From Acidobacteriota bacterium (GTDB lineage: Bacteria > Acidobacteriota > UBA890 > WLXD01), in contig CAXWPH010000009.1 of assembly GCA_963666055.2 (NCBI GenBank), forward strand, positions 17,227-81,226: a stretch of DNA of 64,000 nucleotides, written 5' to 3'. Position numbers and translations under genes: made by a program. A model generated the notes under the pieces. It did no database searches and was not told the DNA's origin. It saw only the letters and a program-made list of their open reading frames with translations. Each line of letters begins with the position of its first letter. Position 1 is the stretch's first letter. Shown here in pieces: positions 19,874 to 29,399 of this stretch.

Positions 19874-21172
19874 CTAGCGACGCTGGGCACCACCAACCAG
19901 GCGACCCTCGAGCCACGAGAGATGCTGAGTGAGGTAACGGGCAATTTTCGGACGATCGGTTCCGCCCGCCGCGAGGAATCGATAGTAGTGGTCGACGGCG
20001 CGGTCGAAGTCACCGATTTCCTCGTAGACCAGACCCAGGTTGTAGTTGGCCAGCGGATCGTCTGGATTCAGCGCCAGCACCTGCATGAAGGCGCGCTCCG
20101 CGTCCTCGTAGCGTCTCCATCGAGTGAAGATCAAACCCTTGTTGGTATAGGCGTCGAGGCGTTCCGGATCCAGCGACAGGGTGCGGTTGAACTCGATCAG
20201 CGCGCCATCGTAGTTGCCCATGCCGTACAGCACCACGCCCAGGTTGTTATGCACCGACGCATTGTTCGGCTCGACCGAGGCAGCCTGTCGCAAGTGACGC
20301 TCAGCTGCCTCCAAACGCCCTTGTTGCTCATACAGAACACCCATGTTTGCGTTGACCTTGGCGTTGTGCGGATCGTGCCGCAGCGCTCGCTTGTAGGCCT
20401 CCTCGGCGCGGGCCAACGCGCCCTCTTTCTGGGCACGCACACCCGCCGCAAAGGCGTCGCGGACTCCCGGATCGAGGAGCGTCTTACTCGAAGGGGGCAC
20501 GCCACGACCGCGATCGGCAGCCACGTTTCCACCGGCCGACTCCCTGCTGCGGTCGGGCGCCACGCGCCTGGCGCTGGGAGCGGCTGGGCGGTTCGAAGTC
20601 AGGTCGATGTCGCTTCCGCGGCTCGAAGTTGCGGCTCGGTTCTCCACCTCGAGACTGAAGCTGGGCTCGGGTTGACGTTCGCTCGCATTCGCGGACGCCG
20701 CCGGCATCTCGGGCAGGTTGGCCGAAAGGTCGTTCATCTCGTTGTTGGCTGCCGCCGGCGGCAGCGGCTTCGCACCGGCCATCAGAGCGCCCGTGCCGAG
20801 GTCGCCGCCGGATGACTCGAGAGCGCCACCATGGGCCGCGTTCGGCGGCGGGAAGCGCACCGAATCACGCGGGCTCGCAGTGAGATCCGTCAACAGCGCA
20901 CGGCCGTCGTTGGCTCGCGGGCCGGAGAAGCTCGGCTGCATCCACCACAGCACCGTCGCCACGACAGCGACGCCGGTAGCTGCCATTGCGCCGATCCAAA
21001 CAGCCGGTCCAGGCTGGCGACGCATGGACGCCCGCGGGGCCTCGGGAGCGCTCAATCGGCGCAACAGCGCATTCGAGCCGTGCATCGGACCCGGATCCGG
21101 TACCACTGGTGCAGCGCCGCGACGCCGGTTCTCGTCCTGCACTCGCTTCAAGGCATCGAGGATGACACTCAT
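19874..21172 (-). CDS. membrane-anchored TPR protein (ExeB/MshN-like)
   Basis: MSVILDALKR N-terminus typical of ExeB-like proteins, one TM, low-complexity linker, about 5 TPRs. Confidence 0.75.
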   Translation of the reverse strand: MSVILDALKRVQDENRRRGAAPVVPDPGPMHGSNALLRRLSAPEAPRASMRRQPGPAVWIGAMAATGVAVVATVLWWMQPSFSGPRANDGRALLTDLTASPRDSVRFPPPNAAHGGALESSGGDLGTGALMAGAKPLPPAAANNEMNDLSANLPEMPAASANASERQPEPSFSLEVENRAATSSRGSDIDLTSNRPAAPSARRVAPDRSRESAGGNVAADRGRGVPPSSKTLLDPGVRDAFAAGVRAQKEGALARAEEAYKRALRHDPHNAKVNANMGVLYEQQGRLEAAERHLRQAASVEPNNASVHNNLGVVLYGMGNYDGALIEFNRTLSLDPERLDAYTNKGLIFTRWRRYEDAERAFMQVLALNPDDPLANYNLGLVYEEIGDFDRAVDHYYRFLAAGGTDRPKIARYLTQHLSWLEGRLVGGAQRR

Positions 21173-21179
21173 TGGCTTC

Positions 21180-22541
21180 CTAGCTCCCGGTGGCGTCGGC
21201 CACAGCGACCGCCTCGGCGTGGGCAAGCCCCGACTCCTTCAGCTTCGAGGCGGTCTCGCGTGCCGAGGCCTGATCGTCGAATTCACCTACGGTGAGTCGA
21301 TACATCGTGCCCATGCCGGGAACGTCGGCTCCGATCAGGAAGTGGACGTACCCAGCTTCGTGCAGACGTCCGCGCAACTCGAGGAGGTAGTCATCGTCGG
21401 GCTGCCGGAATGAGCTCAGATAAACCGTGAAGGGTTTCTGCGGCATCACCAGATCGACGACTACGTTGCCGCTACCGAAGGTCACGTCGTTCGGTGCCGC
21501 GCTGAGGCTGCCCTCGGCGCGCGGCGTCGGCGGATCGGCGAGCGCTGTGGTCTGGTTGGCGCTCCAGGCAGCGTAGCTGCCGGCACCGAGCGCGGCAGCC
21601 AACACGATTCCGGCGAGCGCCTGTACCGGCTTCGCCGAGCGCGCCTGTGCCGGCGGCTGCGAGACCATGTGGACGGGCTCCGGCCGCTCGATCGGCGCTG
21701 CGCCCGGCTCGGTCAAATCGAGTGTGGCGGCGGCTCGATCGATGATACCGGCATCGATCAGTCGAGTCTGCTGCGCGTAACCGGCAAGCAAAGCGCGGTC
21801 GCCCAGCAGGTTGACCAAGCGTGGCACACCTTCCGTATAACGATACAGACTGTCCAGGGCCGCGTCGTCGAACACCACGTCGCCATCGCTACCGGCGATG
21901 CGAAGTCGATGGTCGATGTAGCGGCCGACCTCGTCACGCCCGAAGGGCTGCAGCGTGTAGCGAACGGAAACCCGCTGTGCCAGCTGGCTGAGCTCGGGGG
22001 AGGCGAGCAACCGCCGCAGGCCGAGCTGCCCGGCGAGGACAATCTGCAGCAGCTTCTGCTTCGAGGTCTCGAGGTTCGACAGCAGACGGATCTGCTCCAT
22101 GACCGGCAGCGGCAAGTTCTGCGCCTCGTCGACGACGAGAACTGCGGCGCGACCCTGCATGCTGAGACCGATCAGATAATCGTTCAGCCGATCGACGAGC
22201 TCCTGTTTGCTCGCTTCCAGACCCTGCCCACCCTCGAACTCGGCCCGCGTGGCAACGCCGAAGTCCTGCAGGATGATGCGCAGCAAGTCCTGCTCGGACA
22301 GGTACGGGTTCAGGACGATCGCCGTAACGATGTCGTCGCCGAAGCCATCGAGCACGGTGCGCAGCAGCGTCGTTTTGCCGGTGCCAGCTGCCCCGACAAA
22401 GCACATGAAGCCCTCGCGCTCACGCACACCGTAGCGCAGCAAATCGCGTGCCTCCGCGTGGCACCCCGAGGCAAAGAAGTACTTCGGGTCGGGGGTCAGG
22501 CTGAAGGGCTTCTCGATGAGCCCGTGGAAGTCTAGATACAT
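21180..22541 (-). CDS. ExeA/MshM-family AAA ATPase with C-terminal SPOR-like domain
   Basis: MYLDFHGLIEKPFSLTPDP, GAAGTGKT, DEAQNL, IRLLSNLET, GVPRLVN. Confidence 0.9.
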   Translation of the reverse strand: MYLDFHGLIEKPFSLTPDPKYFFASGCHAEARDLLRYGVREREGFMCFVGAAGTGKTTLLRTVLDGFGDDIVTAIVLNPYLSEQDLLRIILQDFGVATRAEFEGGQGLEASKQELVDRLNDYLIGLSMQGRAAVLVVDEAQNLPLPVMEQIRLLSNLETSKQKLLQIVLAGQLGLRRLLASPELSQLAQRVSVRYTLQPFGRDEVGRYIDHRLRIAGSDGDVVFDDAALDSLYRYTEGVPRLVNLLGDRALLAGYAQQTRLIDAGIIDRAAATLDLTEPGAAPIERPEPVHMVSQPPAQARSAKPVQALAGIVLAAALGAGSYAAWSANQTTALADPPTPRAEGSLSAAPNDVTFGSGNVVVDLVMPQKPFTVYLSSFRQPDDDYLLELRGRLHEAGYVHFLIGADVPGMGTMYRLTVGEFDDQASARETASKLKESGLAHAEAVAVADATGS

Positions 22542-22560
22542 TGCTGGCCTCCGAAATCCA

Positions 22561-24303
22561 TCACTGGCCGTAACGCGCACCCGCGGCTGAGCGACGGCGC
22601 ATCTCGAGGCGCTGTAGCTGGTCGCGCATGATCTCGCGTATGCGGTCGCCGTTGAGTATCGTCGGGGTGATCATCACGATGAGGTCTGACTTGCGGGTGC
22701 TGCGATCCTGGCGCCTGAACAACGCGCCCAGGATCGGGATGTCCCCGAGTATCGGGGTCTTGGACACGGTCTCGCGCGTGACGTCCTCGAGGAGACCGCC
22801 GATAAAGATGGTCTCGCCCTCCCGAACACGGATGACGTTGTCGGTCACACGTACGTCCATGATCGGGAAGCGATCGCCGTTGGGCGAAATCGCCTCGCCG
22901 GCGAGGCCGGTAATCGCCGGCTGGATGCTCATCGTGATCCAACCATCGGCCGATATCTGCGGCGTAACCGAAAGGATGACGCCGTTGGTGACGGTGCCGG
23001 GGTTGGTCACCGTCTGAGCCAGTCCCCCATGTTCGTTGAACACGATCTGCGTGGTAAAGAACACCTCCTGCGTACCGACGGTCAGCAGCGCAACCTGGTT
23101 GTTCATGGTCACAACGGACGGCGACGACAGCACGTCGACATCGCCCTGATTCGACATCGCGCCGAGGATGGCGTTGAAGTTCTGGCGCTGGATACCGGCC
23201 TGGAAGATGTTCAGGCCGCTGGCGCCAACCGTTTGGGCAGCGGTCAGACCGAGATCGGTGAACACGGCGCTCCAATCGACGCCGGCGGCAAATTCCTGGT
23301 GCATCAGCACCTCGACGATCTTCGCCTCGATCAACACCTGCCGTTGAGCGATTTCCTCGACCGACGCCAGGTACTCACCGATCTCATCGAGCACGTCCGG
23401 ATAATGACGCACCATGACGCTGCCGGCGCTGCGATTGACGTGCAACGCGGGGCCATCGCCGCCGCCGAAGCCGCCGCCGCTGCCGAAGCCACCGAGCCCG
23501 CCGCGCAGCCGCTGGCGGTTGGGATCAAGCGGATCGAACCCGCCGCCGGCGAAACCGCCGCCGTATCCGGAGCCCATGAGAAAAAGAGTTCCCTCAGTGA
23601 TGTCGTCCCAGATGAAGCTCGGATCGCTCGACTGCACGGAGGCGGAGCCGCCGCCGCTGCCAGCGCGTCCACCACCGCCAATACCACCGCCAATACCACC
23701 GGCGCCCCCGTTGAAGCCACCATTGTTACCCTGGACACCGGTGCTTACGCCGATCGTACGCGAGCCGTTCCGGTCGGTCTGCACGATGTCGAGAAAGAAG
23801 AAGCGCGTCTCCATCTGCCGAAGCCCGATCTTCAGCACCCGGTTCTCGACTCGGTATTGGAGCCCGAGCGGGGTCAGCAAGCTGTCCAGCAGAACCGGCA
23901 GCGTCACGCCGACGATGTCCTGTGTCACTACGCCGGACACATCCGGCTCGATGACTATCGACAGATCAGACTCGCGCGCCACCGCCAGCAGGACGGCGCG
24001 GACGTCAGTCTCGCGCACCCTGAGGCTGTACGAGCGGCCGGGATCGTAGCCGGTGTCGTCGAGCGACTCCTCGATCGACGTGGCCGGTGCTTCGGCGATG
24101 CGGGCCTGCGGACCGAAGTCATCGATCGACGGGCGCCCGGGCTCGTCCCAACTGGGCAGCGAGGGCGCTGCGGCTGTCGATGTGGTCGGCGCTGCCTGGG
24201 CGTTGTTGTACCCACGCGACACGCAACCCGGAATCACGGCAACGGCAAGTAGCAGTGCCGCGGCCGTCTTCCAACGGGACGTTCGTACGCTTCGGTTTGT
24301 CAT
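22561..24303 (-). CDS. lipoprotein secretin, MshL-like
   Basis: Lipobox IPGC, QVLIEAKIVEV, LSSPSVVTMNNQ, VTPQI, PILGDIPILGALF; Gly-rich inserts. Confidence 0.9.
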   Translation of the reverse strand: MTNRSVRTSRWKTAAALLLAVAVIPGCVSRGYNNAQAAPTTSTAAAPSLPSWDEPGRPSIDDFGPQARIAEAPATSIEESLDDTGYDPGRSYSLRVRETDVRAVLLAVARESDLSIVIEPDVSGVVTQDIVGVTLPVLLDSLLTPLGLQYRVENRVLKIGLRQMETRFFFLDIVQTDRNGSRTIGVSTGVQGNNGGFNGGAGGIGGGIGGGGRAGSGGGSASVQSSDPSFIWDDITEGTLFLMGSGYGGGFAGGGFDPLDPNRQRLRGGLGGFGSGGGFGGGDGPALHVNRSAGSVMVRHYPDVLDEIGEYLASVEEIAQRQVLIEAKIVEVLMHQEFAAGVDWSAVFTDLGLTAAQTVGASGLNIFQAGIQRQNFNAILGAMSNQGDVDVLSSPSVVTMNNQVALLTVGTQEVFFTTQIVFNEHGGLAQTVTNPGTVTNGVILSVTPQISADGWITMSIQPAITGLAGEAISPNGDRFPIMDVRVTDNVIRVREGETIFIGGLLEDVTRETVSKTPILGDIPILGALFRRQDRSTRKSDLIVMITPTILNGDRIREIMRDQLQRLEMRRRSAAGARYGQ

Positions 24304-24338
24304 CCCAGATCTCCTCAATCCAGCTCTCAGCGGGCTCA

Positions 24339-24926
24339 TCAGTACCTCCCGACGGTGCCGCTGCGCGAGCTCAGACCGATCGCGGCGTCAGCCATTCTCA
24401 AGACATGCCGTTGTCCTCCAGAGGCGAAGACCACGGTCTCATCGGTTACATCGACTACCTGCATGCCGGCGACGTTGTCGCCGACGGTCACGACTTCGTT
24501 GTTGATCACCGCTACGCGGCGCCCAGTGCTATCGGTCACGATCGCTGACAAGTACAGGTCCTCATCCATCGTGACGCCAGCATCGACATAGACCGGGGCA
24601 AAGTTGTCGAGCGCCCAGATCTCGCGCGGTGTGAAAAATGGATTGCGACCCCAGTTCGAGTCGATCGTCAGATCGGCGGCGGTCAGCTCGCCGCGGCGCT
24701 GCGTCGCTTGGGTCGGCGTTCGCGGTGAGCTCGGCACCGGCCGTTGACCGGGCGTAGCCCCCGGCTGCTCAAAGCCCGGTGGGCTCAGGTTGGGATCCTG
24801 GGGCAGGGGTCCGGTCTGCGTGTCGCCGCCGAAACTTCCCCCCACGCCGGTGAAGTAGAGCGCGTTGTACAGCAGCACGGCCACAAAGACGATGATCAGC
24901 ACGGTCAGGACGTTTCGGCTACCCAT
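24339..24926 (-). CDS. MshK/PilP-like assembly protein
   Basis: N-terminal TM, GRNPFF, LSAI..RRVAVINNEVVTVGD; position before the secretin. Confidence 0.65.
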   Translation of the reverse strand: MGSRNVLTVLIIVFVAVLLYNALYFTGVGGSFGGDTQTGPLPQDPNLSPPGFEQPGATPGQRPVPSSPRTPTQATQRRGELTAADLTIDSNWGRNPFFTPREIWALDNFAPVYVDAGVTMDEDLYLSAIVTDSTGRRVAVINNEVVTVGDNVAGMQVVDVTDETVVFASGGQRHVLRMADAAIGLSSRSGTVGRY

Positions 24927-25584
24927 TGCCGCCTCCCTGAGCTCCGACGGGTCCGCGAGAGCGACTTGGATTCGCGTCGCCAGACGACGTATCCGAGGCG
25001 CTGGGACGGAAGTAGACGAGCAAACGTAGATCGGTAACTACTTCAGGGAAGGCGCGCTGGATCTCCAGACCCGCCACCTCGGCAACCCAACCCAAACGTC
25101 CGACCTGAGCAATGAAGCGGCTCGTGGCGACGAAATCTCCGAACACACGGCAGTTGAGTGGCACGTAGCTGGCACCCGGCACGGCACCGATCACGCGGAC
25201 AGACTCCGGCGGTGCACCACCGGTCCCAGCCACCGGCGCGGCGCTCTCACTGGTGATGAACAGCTCTATCCCCTCGGCCTCCCCCATCCGTACGAGCGAC
25301 TCGATCAGCAGGGTGAGCTCCGACTCCGGGCTGAGGCGGCTCATCAACTCGTCGTTAGAGCTCTGCCAGGCGGCGCTCTCGGCCGGTGAAGTGGGCGGAA
25401 TGCTCTCGATCTGGCGCTCTATCTGGTCGAGCTGTGATTCGGCAGCCTCGATGTTGCTGGTGGCGGCTGCCTCGCGCGCTCGCATCGGCTGTACGAACCA
25501 CAGCCAAAGCAAGAGCGCCACGAACAGCACCGCCATGCCGAGAATGGCAGCGCGAACCTGGGGTTGCAGATCCGACCAACTCAT
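24919..25584 (-). CDS. PilO/MshJ/GspM-like assembly protein
   Basis: TM plus coiled coil plus ferredoxin-like GDF..FI..V domain; gene order. Confidence 0.65.
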   Translation of the reverse strand: MSWSDLQPQVRAAILGMAVLFVALLLWLWFVQPMRAREAAATSNIEAAESQLDQIERQIESIPPTSPAESAAWQSSNDELMSRLSPESELTLLIESLVRMGEAEGIELFITSESAAPVAGTGGAPPESVRVIGAVPGASYVPLNCRVFGDFVATSRFIAQVGRLGWVAEVAGLEIQRAFPEVVTDLRLLVYFRPSASDTSSGDANPSRSRGPVGAQGGGNG

Positions 25585-27416
25585 TGTCCGCCTCCGGCGA
25601 TCGACCTGAGCTGAAGGGCGACCTTGAACCCGACCGACGTCGCCGTCGGTCCGAAGGCCGGCAGTTCATCCAGCGTGGTACGTAAAGGTTGCTGATCTCG
25701 GGGACCGCTCGTTACCGCGCCACGGCCGACCCACATCGGATCAAACAGCCACAGGCTGCTAGTGCGATCGTCGCGCGTCACCGCGGGTCGCCCGTTGCTG
25801 AACGATCTGTTGTTGAACGACCGGGGCCGCGATTCAGCGAAGGCGCCGCGTTGGAGGCTTCTATCACGGTCATTGCGCGTCACCGCTGATCGCCTGCCCT
25901 TGAACGAGGTTCCCCCTGGAGCGAAGCGGCCGCGCTGAGCGCCCAACTGTCGGGCCTGCTGCAACACCGCCGGGCCGCTGCGGGCGCCCTCCCACCCGAT
26001 CACCAACGGTTCGATCAGATGCACGTCGTGGACGATCGGATCGCTCACCATAGTGCTGTAGAAGCGGTTGAAGATAGCCTGCGAGCCTGAGCGCGAGTCG
26101 CCCAGCACCAGGCCCTGGACGACGGCATCCCAGTACCGCTGACCGCGTGGGCCGGCGACCGGTTGCCAGGTGACGTTCTCGATGACGAGCTCTTCCGGGG
26201 CCCGCTGGCTGAGACGTTGCAGAACTGCGCCCATCAGCGTTGTCTCGAGCGAGCGCTGCTCCAGCAGGGCTCGCCGTGCGGCGTGATTCGAACGCTCCTG
26301 CGCTGTGGCGCGAACCTCCCATAGCTCCAGCTGCCGCTGCGAGATCTGCTCCTGCACCTGCGCCATGCGATTGTTCTTGACTGCGGAGTTCAGCAGAGCC
26401 AGCACCCCCCAGCCCACCAGGAATAGCAACAAGGCCGCGGCGGCCACACGGCCGATCGACATCGCCTGACGGGTGCGGTCCTCGTTGACCTGCTCGGGAG
26501 ACACCAGGTTGCCGCTGTCTTTCCGGGCCATCGACGCCGCCCCGAAAGCCACCGCAAGCGCCGGCTGCTCGATCGGGTCAATGGCGTCGTTCAGGTCGAC
26601 GTGGTCGCTGACATCGAACAGCTCGACGTTTACGCCAAGGGACTCGCGCAGATGGGACGCCAGATCGGTGAGATCCTCCATGGGCCCAGCGAGCACCAGC
26701 CGCTGCACCGTAGCGCCTTGGGCACGCTGCCCGAAGTAAAGAAACGAGCGACGCAGCTCGGTGGCTACCAGATCGGCCATCGAGTCGGAGTCGCCGCGGA
26801 GGACGAAATCGTGCACCAGCTCGAGGTTCCCGTCCTGGAACACCAACAGGTAGGAGCGGCTGCCCGACAGGTAGGCAATCGCGGTACCGCCAGCGATCGG
26901 CGGCAACAGCTCCATCGCCTGCGCCAGCGCTGCAGGAACCGTGGTCACCGCATCGGCGCTGAGGCCGGCAGCCTCGACAGCGTCGATGGCATTGCGCATC
27001 GTCGATTTGTCGATCGCCGAGATCAGCACTTTCTGCTTGGCGACCCCGCCCTCGTGCACATAGCCAACTGCCATGTGTGAGTACACGAGCTGGCTCTCCG
27101 GAACTGGCGCCAGCTTGCGCACCTCGGCACCGGCGGCCAAATGGCGCTCGCTATCCGACATCTCGGGCATGTTGACCAGGTAGTGGTAGATATCACCGTC
27201 GATCACCACGGCGCGCGCCGATCGGCCGCCAATGCCCACGGTCTCGAACCAACGGCGAATCCACTGGCCCAGCTCGCGACCGCTAAAGCCGGCGTGGGCG
27301 GCATGGCCGGCACCGACCACACGCGGTGGGTCGCCGCGCAGCTCAGCGGCAGCCACGCTGCGCCCGAGCTCGATACCGACGCGACCGCCGCCGCGCAACT
27401 TATCCATGAAACCCAT
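25581..27416 (-). CDS. PilM-PilN fusion (MshI/GspL-like)
   Basis: Actin-like N-terminal domain (VGIELG, ELRRSFLYF, LVLAG), NL motif, TM, coiled coil, PilN-like domain. Confidence 0.75.
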   Translation of the reverse strand: MGFMDKLRGGGRVGIELGRSVAAAELRGDPPRVVGAGHAAHAGFSGRELGQWIRRWFETVGIGGRSARAVVIDGDIYHYLVNMPEMSDSERHLAAGAEVRKLAPVPESQLVYSHMAVGYVHEGGVAKQKVLISAIDKSTMRNAIDAVEAAGLSADAVTTVPAALAQAMELLPPIAGGTAIAYLSGSRSYLLVFQDGNLELVHDFVLRGDSDSMADLVATELRRSFLYFGQRAQGATVQRLVLAGPMEDLTDLASHLRESLGVNVELFDVSDHVDLNDAIDPIEQPALAVAFGAASMARKDSGNLVSPEQVNEDRTRQAMSIGRVAAAALLLFLVGWGVLALLNSAVKNNRMAQVQEQISQRQLELWEVRATAQERSNHAARRALLEQRSLETTLMGAVLQRLSQRAPEELVIENVTWQPVAGPRGQRYWDAVVQGLVLGDSRSGSQAIFNRFYSTMVSDPIVHDVHLIEPLVIGWEGARSGPAVLQQARQLGAQRGRFAPGGTSFKGRRSAVTRNDRDRSLQRGAFAESRPRSFNNRSFSNGRPAVTRDDRTSSLWLFDPMWVGRGAVTSGPRDQQPLRTTLDELPAFGPTATSVGFKVALQLRSIAGGGQ

Positions 27417-27418
27417 GA

Positions 27419-27550
27419 TCACCTCTGGCCGTTGACCGGCCGCTGTCGGTTGAGTTCAGCGTTGAGTTCAGACGCGTCGTCCGCAGGTTCGGCGTCGTCG
27501 ATGATCGTGGCGCCGGCCTCGTTCTTGGCGACGTAGTTGAACCTCGGCAT
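27419..27550 (-). pseudogene. N-terminal stub of the PilC/GspF/MshG platform gene (43 codons)
   Basis: MPRFNYVAKNEAG..IDDAEP matches the MPxFxYxAxxxxG start of GspF/PilC; lies 4 bp after the ATPase gene, where gspF is expected. Confidence 0.7.
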
Positions 27551-27554
27551 GTGC

Positions 27555-29309
27555 TTACTCGCGCCCGACGCGCCCGAGCTCCTCCAAAGTAGTCTGGCCA
27601 CGCCGCACGACCTCGAGGCCGTGCTGCATGAGCGTGCGCATTCCTTCCCGCATCGCGACCTCGCGAATCGCCCGCGTATCTGCCTGGTGCTTGATCGTTT
27701 CGCGAATCGCGTCGCTGACCATCAGGATCTCGAAGATGCCGGTGCGACCGACGTAGCCACTATCTCCGCAGAGGTGGCAGCCGGCGCCGCGCAACCATTC
27801 GCCATCCAGTGGCTCACCCTCGAGGCCAAGCCGCACGAGCATCCCCATGTCGGGCTGTACAACCTCGGCGCAGTGCTTGCACACCTTGCGTACCAGCCGC
27901 TCGGCAACGGTGGAAATCATCGTGGAGCCGATCAGATAGGGCTCGAGCCCCATGTCGATGAGGCGCGGGAACGTGCCCGCCGCCTCGTTGGTGTGCAGCG
28001 TCGAGAGCACCAGGATGCCGGTCAACGCGGCTCGCATGGCCAGCCCTGCGGTCTCCGGATCGCGAATCTCACCGAGCAGAATGACGTCGGGATCCTGCCG
28101 CAGCACCGAACGCATACCGGTCGCAAAAGTGAAGCCGGCACGGTTGTTGATCTGGCTCTGGCGGATCTCCGGAATGCGATACTCGACCGGATCCTCGAGC
28201 GTCACGATGTTGTTAGCGAGCATGTCGAGGTGCGACAGCATCGTGTAGAGGGTCGTCGTCTTACCCGAGCCAGTCGGCCCGGTGAGCAGCACGATTCCCT
28301 TGGTTCGCTTCACGGAGTCCTCGAGCATCTCCAGCGTGGAGCCCTCGAGGCCGAGCTCGCCCAGCCCGCGGAACAGCATCTGCCGCTCGAGCAGACGCAG
28401 GGCAACCTTCTCGCCGAACACCGTCGGGAAGCAGGAGACACGAAGATCGACCTCTTTGGAGGCAACGTGGTAGGTAAGATGGCCTTCCTGCGGCAGTCGC
28501 TGCTCGGCGATATCGAGGCCGGCGATGATCTTGATGCGCGACATCAGCGAGTGCTGGATCTGCTTCGGAAGCAACGGTCCTTGCTGCAGGAGCCCATCAA
28601 CGCGATAGCGCACCCGTACGATCTCTTCCTCAGGGTCGATGTGAACATCGGTGGCGCGCAGGCGTAGCCCCTGGTTGAGGATCTCGTCGACCAGGCGCAC
28701 CATCGGCTCATCGGCGGAGGCGCCGGGGTCGGAAACGAAGATGCCGCCGCGCGCCACGTTCTGGCGCTCGGCGTCCTGTCGCTGCACCGTCTCGCTGACC
28801 GGGCCCTCCAGCACGCCGGCACCGCCGTAATACCGGTCGATGGCGCGGCGAACGTCGCCCTCGGTGGCGCAGAACTGCTTCACCTGGAAGTTTGTACGAC
28901 GCTCGATCTCGTCAATGGCGAGGATGTCGAACGGATCCGTACAGGCGACCAGCAGGCTACTGCCGGAAACGGCCACGGGCATGACCTGAAAGCGTGGTGG
29001 TACGTCGCGCGGTACCGCCTGCACGGCGGCGTTCTCGACCTCATCCGGCCGGAACTCGCGGAAAGCAACGCCGGCCATGTCAGCGAGGGCACGCGCCAGC
29101 GTCTCCTCGGTGAGCAGGCCCTGATTGACCAGTACCTGTCCGAGATGCGCACCATCGCCGGCATTCTGCCGCGCCAGCACATCATCGAGCTGCTGGCGCG
29201 TCAGCTGGCGGCGATCGACAAGATAGTCGCCAAGACGCACCGACACAGGGCCACTGGGCGAATGCCCATTGGAGCCACCGTAGGCGTTCTGGTTGTCTCC
29301 GTGCTGCAT
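27555..29309 (-). CDS. GspE/PilB/MshE assembly ATPase with MshEN-like N-terminal domain
   Basis: RLGDYLV..Q..HLGQVLV, TDVHIDP, GPTGSGKTTT, EDPVEY, RQDPD, STLHTN, two CxxC. Confidence 0.93.
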   Translation of the reverse strand: MQHGDNQNAYGGSNGHSPSGPVSVRLGDYLVDRRQLTRQQLDDVLARQNAGDGAHLGQVLVNQGLLTEETLARALADMAGVAFREFRPDEVENAAVQAVPRDVPPRFQVMPVAVSGSSLLVACTDPFDILAIDEIERRTNFQVKQFCATEGDVRRAIDRYYGGAGVLEGPVSETVQRQDAERQNVARGGIFVSDPGASADEPMVRLVDEILNQGLRLRATDVHIDPEEEIVRVRYRVDGLLQQGPLLPKQIQHSLMSRIKIIAGLDIAEQRLPQEGHLTYHVASKEVDLRVSCFPTVFGEKVALRLLERQMLFRGLGELGLEGSTLEMLEDSVKRTKGIVLLTGPTGSGKTTTLYTMLSHLDMLANNIVTLEDPVEYRIPEIRQSQINNRAGFTFATGMRSVLRQDPDVILLGEIRDPETAGLAMRAALTGILVLSTLHTNEAAGTFPRLIDMGLEPYLIGSTMISTVAERLVRKVCKHCAEVVQPDMGMLVRLGLEGEPLDGEWLRGAGCHLCGDSGYVGRTGIFEILMVSDAIRETIKHQADTRAIREVAMREGMRTLMQHGLEVVRRGQTTLEELGRVGRE

Positions 29310-29399
29310 GTTCGGACCTCTGAGAGGCTATTTTGGCCTCTAATGATCTGGATTAGTTAATATTTCATAGAATACCATCTCAAAACATTCTAAAAAGCC

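Noticed and set aside
23414-23738. Gly-rich GGC/GGT repeats
   Set aside because: Coding low-complexity loops inside the secretin, not a separate repeat element.
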